Source: Eubacteriales bacterium
GTDB lineage: Bacteria > Bacillota > Clostridia > Oscillospirales > CAG-272
Reading direction: 5' to 3'
NCBI GenBank assembly: GCA_045658565.1
Contig: JAZOVF010000008.1
Coordinates: 49,051 to 113,050, forward strand
Length of the DNA stretch: 64,000 nucleotides
Below are positions 9,362-17,505 of this stretch, one piece after another. The stretch's first letter is position 1; each line of letters opens with the position of its first letter. A program made the position numbers and the translations under genes. The notes under the pieces are model-generated. The model was given only the letters and a program-made list of their open reading frames with translations. It did no database searches and was not told where the DNA came from.

Positions 9362-11125
9362 ATGAGAAAAAACACACTCATTAAACTGTTGGCAGTTTTG
9401 GCAATGTGCTTTTTGATTGGCGCGGCTCTTGTTTCCTGTGGCGAAGGCGAAACAGAGGATGTTGCTGCTAAGACTATTGTAGGTGTTGAGTTCGTTGGTA
9501 ACGACCTTGTTATCACCTATGATGATGGTACAAAGACTACTACCGCTATTCCCGAGGCTGCGGTATGCCAGCATGCTAACCCCATTCAGATCGTTACCGA
9601 GGCTCACAAGCTGGAAAACGGTGCGCTCACCAAGGACGAGGTTCTCTATGTTTGTAACGACTGTGCAAGTGCATGGGTTGAGTACAAGGAGGGTGAAACC
9701 CTTATCCACGTAGCAAGCGGTGACAAGGTTGTTAAGGCTCCCACTTGTGTTGATGACGGCTATTCTGCTGACATCTGCCTCCACTGCGGAGTTGAGTACA
9801 ACGTAGTTGTTACCGAGGAGACCACTAAGACAGGTCACACTCTCGGTGCTGCATACTTTGCAGAGGGCGATGCTTGCGTAGGCGGTAAGACCGCTAAGGA
9901 TTGTGCAGATTGCGATTACATCGAGTATACCGATGTTGCTGCTGCTGCAAACGAGGGCTTTGACGGCGTACATAATGTTGCTACTTGGAACACTGTTACC
10001 GCTCCTACTGCTACTACCGGTGGTGTTGTTGAGGGCGTATGTACCGTTGCTAGCTGCGGTAAGACCATAACTAAGGAAATCGGCGCTCTTCCTGATAAGG
10101 CTGATAATAATGAGTACGATTTTGATGAAGCAGATTCCGACATGTTCGTTGAGTGCGGTGATGCTGCAAATTACATCTATGTTCACAAGGCAACCGGTCT
10201 TGAGTACAATGTAACCAAGGCTGGAGACGATGTTGTTAAGCACGAGCTTAACGGCAAACCTATGACCTCTGTTGATCAGGTTGAGGCAGGCAAGGAGTTT
10301 GAGACCGCTTACTACTATGATGAGGTTCCCGGCGTTGTTCTCTTCGCTAACCATCCTCTCGTATGTGACGAGGCAGTTCTTGCTCACTTCAGGTGTACAG
10401 CTGTACATGACGGCGGTAAGTGCGATAAGGATATTTCCGTATACGTAAAGGCTAGACACACTACTGTTGGTGCTACTTGGGTAGGCGTTCCCGGTGAAGC
10501 TCCCACTTGTACCGAAGCTGGTAAGGAAACCACCAACTGCACAGCGTGCGGTACTGCACAGTACAGAGAGGTTTCTGCTCTTGGTCACACCTACACCTAC
10601 GTTGATGAGACTCTTTACACCGACGCTAAGGACGGTACTGTATTCAACACTGCTGACTATGCTAACGTAACCGATTCTAAGAAGCCCTACCACAGAGATT
10701 TCTGTGACAACGGCTGCGGCACTGTTGCATACCGCGTAGTTGCTGATTATGCAGTTGACGTTACCACCGATCCCGCTACCTGCCAGGGCGACGGAGAAGG
10801 CAAGATTTCCTGGACCAAGTGCGATGGCACTAACGGTGCAGCTGTTGTTGTTCTTCCTCAGTTCGCTCACAAGACTCTTGTAAACGGCGAGAAGGTTGCA
10901 ATTGTTGAGGGTAAGGAAAACATCAAGATCAAGATCTACAACGCAGATCATGCTGATTACAAGGATCTCGTTAAGGAGCTTGACAACGTAGCATTCTCTA
11001 CTACCGAGGCTGTTCTCGGTTACATCCACTGCGAGTGCACTTGCAAGGATTGCGATGCTCACGACGTAACTGTTTGGGTTCAGAAGCTTGGCGCTGATGC
11101 TCCCGCAATGGTTGACTTCCAGTAA
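9362..11125 (+). CDS. Cys/His-rich repeat lipoprotein (587 aa), function unknown
   Basis: Signal peptide with lipobox ...AALVS-C; about 28 Cys in recurring (A)PTC..G....CxxC....GH units; acidic; codon usage resembles pnp and rpsO; AAGGAG RBS. Confidence 0.85.
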   Translation: MRKNTLIKLLAVLAMCFLIGAALVSCGEGETEDVAAKTIVGVEFVGNDLVITYDDGTKTTTAIPEAAVCQHANPIQIVTEAHKLENGALTKDEVLYVCNDCASAWVEYKEGETLIHVASGDKVVKAPTCVDDGYSADICLHCGVEYNVVVTEETTKTGHTLGAAYFAEGDACVGGKTAKDCADCDYIEYTDVAAAANEGFDGVHNVATWNTVTAPTATTGGVVEGVCTVASCGKTITKEIGALPDKADNNEYDFDEADSDMFVECGDAANYIYVHKATGLEYNVTKAGDDVVKHELNGKPMTSVDQVEAGKEFETAYYYDEVPGVVLFANHPLVCDEAVLAHFRCTAVHDGGKCDKDISVYVKARHTTVGATWVGVPGEAPTCTEAGKETTNCTACGTAQYREVSALGHTYTYVDETLYTDAKDGTVFNTADYANVTDSKKPYHRDFCDNGCGTVAYRVVADYAVDVTTDPATCQGDGEGKISWTKCDGTNGAAVVVLPQFAHKTLVNGEKVAIVEGKENIKIKIYNADHADYKDLVKELDNVAFSTTEAVLGYIHCECTCKDCDAHDVTVWVQKLGADAPAMVDFQ

Positions 11126-11212
11126 TTTTAAACAAAGAACGTAAGACTAAAGGATTTAATCCTTGAAGTCGAATTTTAAGAAATCGAGTGAAGTAATATT
11201 CTCCATTCCTCC

Positions 11213-11275
11213 ACTTCTTATTTAAAAGGCGGGCGGTCGCCTTGCGGCCGCCCTGCTAATGACTTTATAAGAAGT
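11213..11275 (+). other. GC-rich intergenic stem-loop between the two lipoprotein genes
   Basis: Inner stem gggcggtcgc/gcggccgccc inside outer stem acttcttat/ataagaagt; no U-tract. Confidence 0.6.
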
Positions 11276-11353
11276 TGCGTTATGGTACAAAGGTCCTGCT
11301 ATGCATTTTTTTGGAATGCATAGTTTTGACATATTATTTAATAGGAGGGAAAA

Positions 11354-13984
11354 ATGAAAAAACATTTACTGAAACTCTTGCTGTTATGTTGTACCGGAAT
11401 ACTCGCTCTTAGCTTATTTGCGTGTGTTCCGACAACAGAACAGTATAAGGTGGATTTCATTGTTGACGGCCAGGTGTACAAGTCCTGCACAACAAGCGGA
11501 AATTCCCGAGTAACCCTTCCCTCTGATCCTACTAAGACCGCCTATGTTTTTAAAGGCTGGTATTTTGACGAGGGCAAGTGGACAAAAGAGTTCAACGCCC
11601 ATTCATTTGAAAAAGATCCAATAGAAAAAGACGTTAATATTTACGCAAGATTTGAGCTTGATAAGACCCACACCTGTAACAAGTTGTGGAAAATAGAGCT
11701 CCAGGCTACATGTCAGTCCGAGGGTAAAAGGGTGCAGAGATGCTCTTATCCCGAGTGCGCTAAGGTTTACGCAGTTGAAACGGTGCCGATTAAGGTTAAT
11801 AGCAACGGTGAAGTTGTTCACACAGGTGCTACTGATACGGTAAAAATTATCGGTACTCCGGCTACATGTACAACAGAAGGCTCGTGTACAGAGATGTATT
11901 ACTGCTCTTTGTGTAAGGCAAAGACAGGAGAAGAGACCTTTGAAATTCCAGTTGATAATAACGCACATAAGTTTGTTAATGACGATATAAACCACACAAA
12001 TCTTGTAAGAGCAGATGATGTGTTTAACTTTAGTGCACAGTGTGAATTCTGTCCGTTTAAGGTTAATTTGGCGAATGTTGATGTAACCGAGAAGATTGAC
12101 GAGGTTGCAACCTGTACAACTCCCGGAAGCAAGTATTACACCTGCTCTGTATACGGTATTGAGTTTACATCGGCAAAGGAAGAGATTCCTGCCAAGGGTC
12201 ATTACATAAACGGTGTTGCGATAGAAGATAAAGTTTACAGTGAAAAGACTCACAGTAAGATATTCTCCAAGATAACTCTTATCGACGATCCTAATCGCGA
12301 TGAGACCTGTTGCGAAACAGCAGCTGATGGGGATCGAATTATGCAGGGAGTATATAAATGTGATGTCTGCCACGAAAATGACTATATATCAGTATTTAAA
12401 CCCCATAAGAATGGAACGTGGGTAAAGACTGCTAATGCCGAGTGCTATAAGCCCGGCGAAGAGATTCTTGCTTCCTGCTCTTCTTGCGGAGGTAAAAATT
12501 TAACTAGAGAAATTCCCGCAACTGAGGCGCATGTAGACGGTGAAACAATCCTTGTTAAGGACGGAGCAAAGTTCCATCTTGCCGTAGCCTGCACTAAGAG
12601 ATCCAAGGGATGTACTCACATTGATATAATGGTTGAAAACGTTGAGGTGGAAGAACAAACTATAATCAGCAAGGATTGTACCGTTGATGATGTTATAAGA
12701 TACACCCACGTTACTGCATCGGGCAAGTATTCATATGATGAGCCGATAGACCATGGCAAAGGACATTTCTTGAACGGTGTTCGTGCGGAGACTCTTCAGG
12801 ATCAGGCCGGATGGTTCGATTATCGTTATATTGATAACGGAATAAATGTCTTTGACAATATTTATCTCACCTGTGACCAAGAAACATACGGTATGTATGT
12901 ATGCGAATCCTGCAAGCAAGATATACTTGTAACAGTATACAGACCCCACTCCGGTACATGGGTAACAACAAAGGCTCCTACCTGCACATTTGAAGGTATA
13001 GCAAACTTCTACTGCGATATTGAGGGATGCACCTACGGTGACGATAATACTGTAACTAAGGTTGTTGAACCTCTTGGGCATGATTATGACTATACACTCG
13101 GAATTGAAAATGATAGATTCTTGTTAAACGGTAAGTGCCACTGTAATGAAACAGAGGTTATCAAAAATGTTTCTGTAGATGTTTCGATTACAAAGGAACC
13201 CACCTGCAAGGAAGCAGGAACAATTGTGTACACCTGCTATCATAGTGGTGGCGTTTATGAGATGTCAGAAGCTATTCCTGTTATACCTCATGCTTTAGGT
13301 AACGAGCTTATCGATGAAGGTGCAAGACTTGAATATGTAAAGTATGTAAAGAACGGTTCTGTTAAACTGAGATTTGCTAATATTAGCTGCACAGATTCTG
13401 TCGATGATACATCTAATGATATGTCTGCATCTTATATATGCACAGAGTGCGGTGATACAGTTGCGGTTAAGGTTTATAGACTCCACGACGGTGAAACTAC
13501 AATAATCGATACAGACAGCTCACCTTGTGTAATCTCCGGCAAAAAGCAATTTGCTTGTAGCTATTATGGTTGCACATATGTGTCTGAAACCGACTACAAC
13601 AAGGATGAGCATAACTACGTTGCAACTCGTACCTCGAATCCCGATGGCACACAGACAATTTTTGCTAAATGTAACGTTGAGGGTTGCGGAGATACAAAAA
13701 CCTACTCCGGACTTACATCGGTTGATGTTGATATTAAGACAGAGGCAACCTGTTCGTCAATGGGCTATGTTGAGTATACATTCTTCTACGGTGGAGAAAC
13801 TTATACTCTCGGAGCTGTAATTGACAGAGGAAACCACGTGTTGAATGGTGTTGACTTTGAAACTCTTATGGTCAACGGTAAGCTTCCTGACGACATAACC
13901 GAGTTTGTTATAGTTCGTGATGCATATTACTTCATGTGTGAAGAGTGCGGAATGCATGTCAGAGTAGACGTAGCAACAAACTAA
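11354..13984 (+). CDS. Cys/His-rich repeat lipoprotein (876 aa) with N-terminal InlB B-repeat-like domain
   Basis: Lipobox ...SLFA-C; YKVDFIVDG...LPSDPTKTAYVFKGWY...IYARF resembles the Listeria-Bacteroides repeat; about 47 Cys, mostly within four roughly 180-aa super-repeats; AGGAGG RBS. Confidence 0.87.
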   Translation: MKKHLLKLLLLCCTGILALSLFACVPTTEQYKVDFIVDGQVYKSCTTSGNSRVTLPSDPTKTAYVFKGWYFDEGKWTKEFNAHSFEKDPIEKDVNIYARFELDKTHTCNKLWKIELQATCQSEGKRVQRCSYPECAKVYAVETVPIKVNSNGEVVHTGATDTVKIIGTPATCTTEGSCTEMYYCSLCKAKTGEETFEIPVDNNAHKFVNDDINHTNLVRADDVFNFSAQCEFCPFKVNLANVDVTEKIDEVATCTTPGSKYYTCSVYGIEFTSAKEEIPAKGHYINGVAIEDKVYSEKTHSKIFSKITLIDDPNRDETCCETAADGDRIMQGVYKCDVCHENDYISVFKPHKNGTWVKTANAECYKPGEEILASCSSCGGKNLTREIPATEAHVDGETILVKDGAKFHLAVACTKRSKGCTHIDIMVENVEVEEQTIISKDCTVDDVIRYTHVTASGKYSYDEPIDHGKGHFLNGVRAETLQDQAGWFDYRYIDNGINVFDNIYLTCDQETYGMYVCESCKQDILVTVYRPHSGTWVTTKAPTCTFEGIANFYCDIEGCTYGDDNTVTKVVEPLGHDYDYTLGIENDRFLLNGKCHCNETEVIKNVSVDVSITKEPTCKEAGTIVYTCYHSGGVYEMSEAIPVIPHALGNELIDEGARLEYVKYVKNGSVKLRFANISCTDSVDDTSNDMSASYICTECGDTVAVKVYRLHDGETTIIDTDSSPCVISGKKQFACSYYGCTYVSETDYNKDEHNYVATRTSNPDGTQTIFAKCNVEGCGDTKTYSGLTSVDVDIKTEATCSSMGYVEYTFFYGGETYTLGAVIDRGNHVLNGVDFETLMVNGKLPDDITEFVIVRDAYYFMCEECGMHVRVDVATN

Positions 13985-13996
13985 TCAAAATATCTT

Positions 13997-14026
13997 AAGC
14001 GGTCTGCAAAGAGCAGACCGCTTTTT
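13997..14026 (+). terminator. Intrinsic terminator after the lipoprotein pair
   Basis: aagcggtctgc-aaaga-gcagaccgc-ttttt. Confidence 0.88.
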
Positions 14027-14126
14027 ACATCCTCCACTGCCAAGGAAGGCTATCTGGAGGAGCAAGCCTTTCCCATATTGGTGTGGGTGTGTTCATATAT
14101 CTTGTATGTGATAATGTTGGTAGTCT

Positions 14127-14946
14127 GTGAATGTATTAGAGCATCAAATTGTATTTAAATATCTTAAAGAAAAATTTCCTCATCCTAAAATCGGCGGTCC
14201 AGCAATTGCAACCGTTTGGCATGAGGAATTCTGTGAGCTGTTCTTCTCTTCTATAAGAAATGCGGGTATAACCGCGGACTATATTTCCTACCACCGCTAC
14301 GTCAAGACTGTTGAGGACTTTTTCGAGTCGGTTGACAGATTTAACTTGTGGCTTGAAAAATACGGCTACGGCGATGTTGAAACCCATTACAAAAAGTGGA
14401 ACTACGTCAGGGGCTGGCAGGCAGAGAAGTTTATGCATACAATAGATACAATAAAGGGGCTAAAGGTTTCTTCTTTTGTTGCAGGTGTAATGTCCGCTCT
14501 TCAGTACAAGAAAATCGATATGATGATGTACTACGAGGGCAGACCCTCGGCATTCTGCGGACTCGGGGACACTCATACCTACCGTTCCCACAAGACTTTT
14601 TATACCTTCCTTGCCTTTGCGCATCTTCGTGATATAGGCACAGCGGTTAAAACCGAATGTGACGAATACCTCTACTCCGCAGCCGCTAAAAATGAAAATG
14701 AGGCGGCTGTTCTCCTGACTTACTTTAATGAGGCAGATGATGCCAAAAAATATAAGAAAACAAAGTTATCGCTTAATAATATCCCTATAAAAGAGGGAGA
14801 AAAAATCAAGGCAGAGGTTCTTGTGATTGATGAAAATCATAATCTTGAGCCTGTGATGGAAGAGATCTTTACTTCTTTTTGATTCAGCTATTTACCTTGA
14901 TATGCCTATTTATACCACTTACCTTGTAAAGCTTAGCAAAATATAA
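14127..14946 (+). pseudogene. Degraded C-terminal fragment of a GH39-like (clan GH-A) glycoside hydrolase
   Basis: KYLKEKFPHPKIGGPA...DYISYHRY...ETHYKKWNY, where EWN is expected. The N-terminal half and RBS are missing. A frameshift near 14880 separates ...EEIFTS from ...AIYLDMPIYTTYLVKLSKI* ending at 14946. Confidence 0.65.
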
Positions 14947-14950
14947 TCTT

Positions 14951-14985
14951 AAACGGACTGTCTATCAAAAAAGCAGTCCGTTTTT
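14951..14985 (+). terminator. Terminator after the GH remnant
   Basis: aaacggactg / cagtccgttttt. Confidence 0.75.
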
Positions 14986-15071
14986 CTAATAAAAGAATGA
15001 AAACATCTTGTTTTTTTCTAATTAATATTGTATAATATATAAGTAAAAGAATGCGTTTAAGAGGTCACAAC

Positions 15072-15881
15072 ATGTTAATCGAAAGAATATATTTATCCGA
15101 TGATAAGCGTGCTTATCTTGACGCCTATGTTTCGGAATTCAGAAACGCAAGACGTGATGCTATGCTTGTAATTCCCGGCGGTGGTTACAGAGCTGTTTGT
15201 TCTGACAGAGAGGGGGAGCTTGTTGCTCTTGCCTATGCCTCCAGAGGCTATAATGCATTTGTCTTGAAGTACAGAGTGGCAGAGGAAGGAGATGTTTATC
15301 CCACCCAGCTTCTTGATGCTTCAAGAGCCGTTCTTCATATAAAGGCGAATGCCGATAAGTATTTTATCAATCCTGACAGAGTATTTGCAGTCGGATTTTC
15401 TGCAGGCGGTCATCTTGCAGGAAGCCTCGCTCTTATGGCGAAGGACAAACTCGTTCTTGAAACTCTCGGTGTAACTGCCGATGAGCTTAAAATCAAGGGA
15501 GTAGTGCTTTCTTACCCGGTTGTAACCGCTATGACAGACACTCACCGCGGCTCATTTGAGCATCTTACAGGTATGCCATTTGACAAGATTCCCGAGGAGC
15601 TTAAGAGAAAATATTCTCTTGAAGAAAATGTGGATGAAAATTCGCCCCCCGCATTTATCTGGCATACAGCAGAGGATAAAACCGTTCCCGTTGTCGGCTC
15701 GCTTAGGCTTGCGGCAAGGTATGTGGAGAAAAAGGTTCCTGTTTCTATCCACGTTTATCCTTACGGCTGCCACGGAATCTCACTTGCAACAGCCTATGCT
15801 AACCACGAGGCACGTGTTGCCGAGCCTTTGGCTCAGAGATGGCTCGAAGATTCAATAGATTTTCTTAATACGATTAAATAA
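15072..15881 (+). CDS. Alpha/beta hydrolase (acetyl esterase/lipase-like)
   Basis: IPGGGY, GFSAGGHLA nucleophile elbow, PPAFIWHTAEDKTVP, HG motif. Confidence 0.92.
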   Translation: MLIERIYLSDDKRAYLDAYVSEFRNARRDAMLVIPGGGYRAVCSDREGELVALAYASRGYNAFVLKYRVAEEGDVYPTQLLDASRAVLHIKANADKYFINPDRVFAVGFSAGGHLAGSLALMAKDKLVLETLGVTADELKIKGVVLSYPVVTAMTDTHRGSFEHLTGMPFDKIPEELKRKYSLEENVDENSPPAFIWHTAEDKTVPVVGSLRLAARYVEKKVPVSIHVYPYGCHGISLATAYANHEARVAEPLAQRWLEDSIDFLNTIK

Positions 15882-15900
15882 AGAAAAGGATATATAAAGT

Positions 15901-17193
15901 ATGGAAAGAACTTATATTAAAGACGTTGCTCCCGGCATTTGCCGCGTTTCGGGCTTTGTTGAAAACTTCCGTAACAAGAGAACGATGGCGTTCATTGTTG
16001 TTAAAGACATTACCGGCAAGCTCCAGGTGACTATCGAGAAAGAAAAGCACCCCGAATTCACCGAAATGCTTGACTCACTCACTATTCACTCTGTTGTAAC
16101 CTTTGAGGGTGAGGTTGTTCTCAGCGAGTATGTAAAAATGGGCGGTAAGGAAATGTACCCCACCGCAATGAAGATTGAGTCTATTGCAGACGCTCTTCCC
16201 ATTAAGGATGATTCCGACATTGACGTTAAGATGGATTACCGTTGGATCGACCTTCGCAGAGATAAAAATCACCTTATGCTAAGAATGCAGACAACTCTTA
16301 CTAATGCTATGCGTGAGTTCCTCGTGGATCGCAACTTCGTAGAGATACACACTCCCAAGCTTATCGGTGCTGCATCCGAGTCCGGATCTGATGTATTTGA
16401 GGTTAAGTATTTCGATACTAACGCATACCTTGCACAATCTCCTCAGTTCTATAAGCAGATGGCTATGGCTTCGGGCCTTGAGCGTATATTCGAGACAGGT
16501 CCTGTTTTCAGAGCAGAGAAGTCCTACACCAACAAGCACGCAACCGAGTTTACCGGCTTTGATCTTGAGTTCTCTTACATCAACTCTTTTGAGGATGTTA
16601 TGAAGATGGAGGAGGAGCTTCTTGCCTATGCGATTGAAAAGGTGGCAGAGAAGCACGGTGATGAGATAGTAGCCCTCTTTGGTGAGGAGTTTAAGGTTAC
16701 TGTTCCCTCGCTTCCTTTCCCCAGAATGAAACTCGCTGACGTATATGCGGAGCTTGAAAAGAGATACGGCTACACCGTTCCCGACGAGCTTAAAGGTGAC
16801 CTTACCACCGAGGCTGAACGTATGACGAAGCAGCTTTGCAAGGATATGTTCGACCACGAATTTCTCTTCATTACCGATTACAGCGCCGCAGAGCGTGCCT
16901 TCTATCACATGAGAGACGAAAACGGTATACCCTGTGGCTACGACCTTATCTGGCGCGGTGTTGAGATTACAACAGGCGCACAGCGTGAGCACAGATACGA
17001 CGTTCTTAAAGCTCAGGCAGAGGAAAAAGGCCTTGCCGAAGACGTTAAGTTCTATCTCGAATTCTTCAAGTACGGCTGTCCTCCTCACGGAGGCTTCGGT
17101 ATCGGTATCGACCGTCTTACCATGCTCTTCCTTGGACTTTCGATTAAAGAGGCAGAGTTCCTCTTCAGAGGTCCTAACCGTTTAACGCCGTAA
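15901..17193 (+). CDS. aspS: Aspartate--tRNA ligase, short archaeal-type (probably non-discriminating)
   Basis: YLAQSPQFYKQM, FRAEKS, GAQREHRYD, YGCPPHGGFGIGIDR; 430 aa without a GAD insert. Confidence 0.93.
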   Translation: MERTYIKDVAPGICRVSGFVENFRNKRTMAFIVVKDITGKLQVTIEKEKHPEFTEMLDSLTIHSVVTFEGEVVLSEYVKMGGKEMYPTAMKIESIADALPIKDDSDIDVKMDYRWIDLRRDKNHLMLRMQTTLTNAMREFLVDRNFVEIHTPKLIGAASESGSDVFEVKYFDTNAYLAQSPQFYKQMAMASGLERIFETGPVFRAEKSYTNKHATEFTGFDLEFSYINSFEDVMKMEEELLAYAIEKVAEKHGDEIVALFGEEFKVTVPSLPFPRMKLADVYAELEKRYGYTVPDELKGDLTTEAERMTKQLCKDMFDHEFLFITDYSAAERAFYHMRDENGIPCGYDLIWRGVEITTGAQREHRYDVLKAQAEEKGLAEDVKFYLEFFKYGCPPHGGFGIGIDRLTMLFLGLSIKEAEFLFRGPNRLTP

Positions 17194-17458
17194 TTTTGCG
17201 TGATACTTTGTTACGCCTTTTGTGCTCGGCTCGGAGTAGGTAACTACACCGTCGCCTGTGCTCCTCGGCGTGTCTCGTCTGACGCAAAATTTCGTGCGTT
17301 AAAATTCCCCACGTTAAAACTATAATGCCGTAATTTTGCGTGATACTTTGTTACGCCTTTTGTGCTCGGCTCGGAGTAGGTAACTACACCGTCGCAGGTG
17401 CTCCTCGGCGTGTCTCGTCTGACGCAAAATTCCGTGCGTTGAAATTCCCCACGTTAAA
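17187..17458. repeat. Tandem duplication (140-bp period) of a long imperfect palindrome
   Basis: 17187-17318 and 17327-17458 match at 128 of 132 nt. Each copy has aattttgcgt...acgcaaaatt ends and a gtag-gtaa-ctac apex. Confidence 0.95.
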
Positions 17459-17505
17459 TTTCTCACGTTAAAATTACGATCCCGATTGATCATAAAGGAG
17501 TAAAA

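Noticed and set aside
9218-11062. 614-aa antisense ORF over the first lipoprotein, and similar long antisense ORFs over fhs (3182-4909), pnp and aspS
   Set aside because: Shadow frames caused by strong codon bias of the sense genes; no RBS or family motifs
11354-13984. Multiheme cytochrome c interpretation of the Cys/His-rich proteins
   Set aside because: Only one CxxCH (CDVCH) among many CxxC motifs, and the equivalent positions in the other repeats lack His; no heme maturation genes in the window
17187-17458. Possible CRISPR array or tRNA pair
   Set aside because: Two near-identical 132-nt units without unique spacers, no cas genes, and no cloverleaf or T-loop motif
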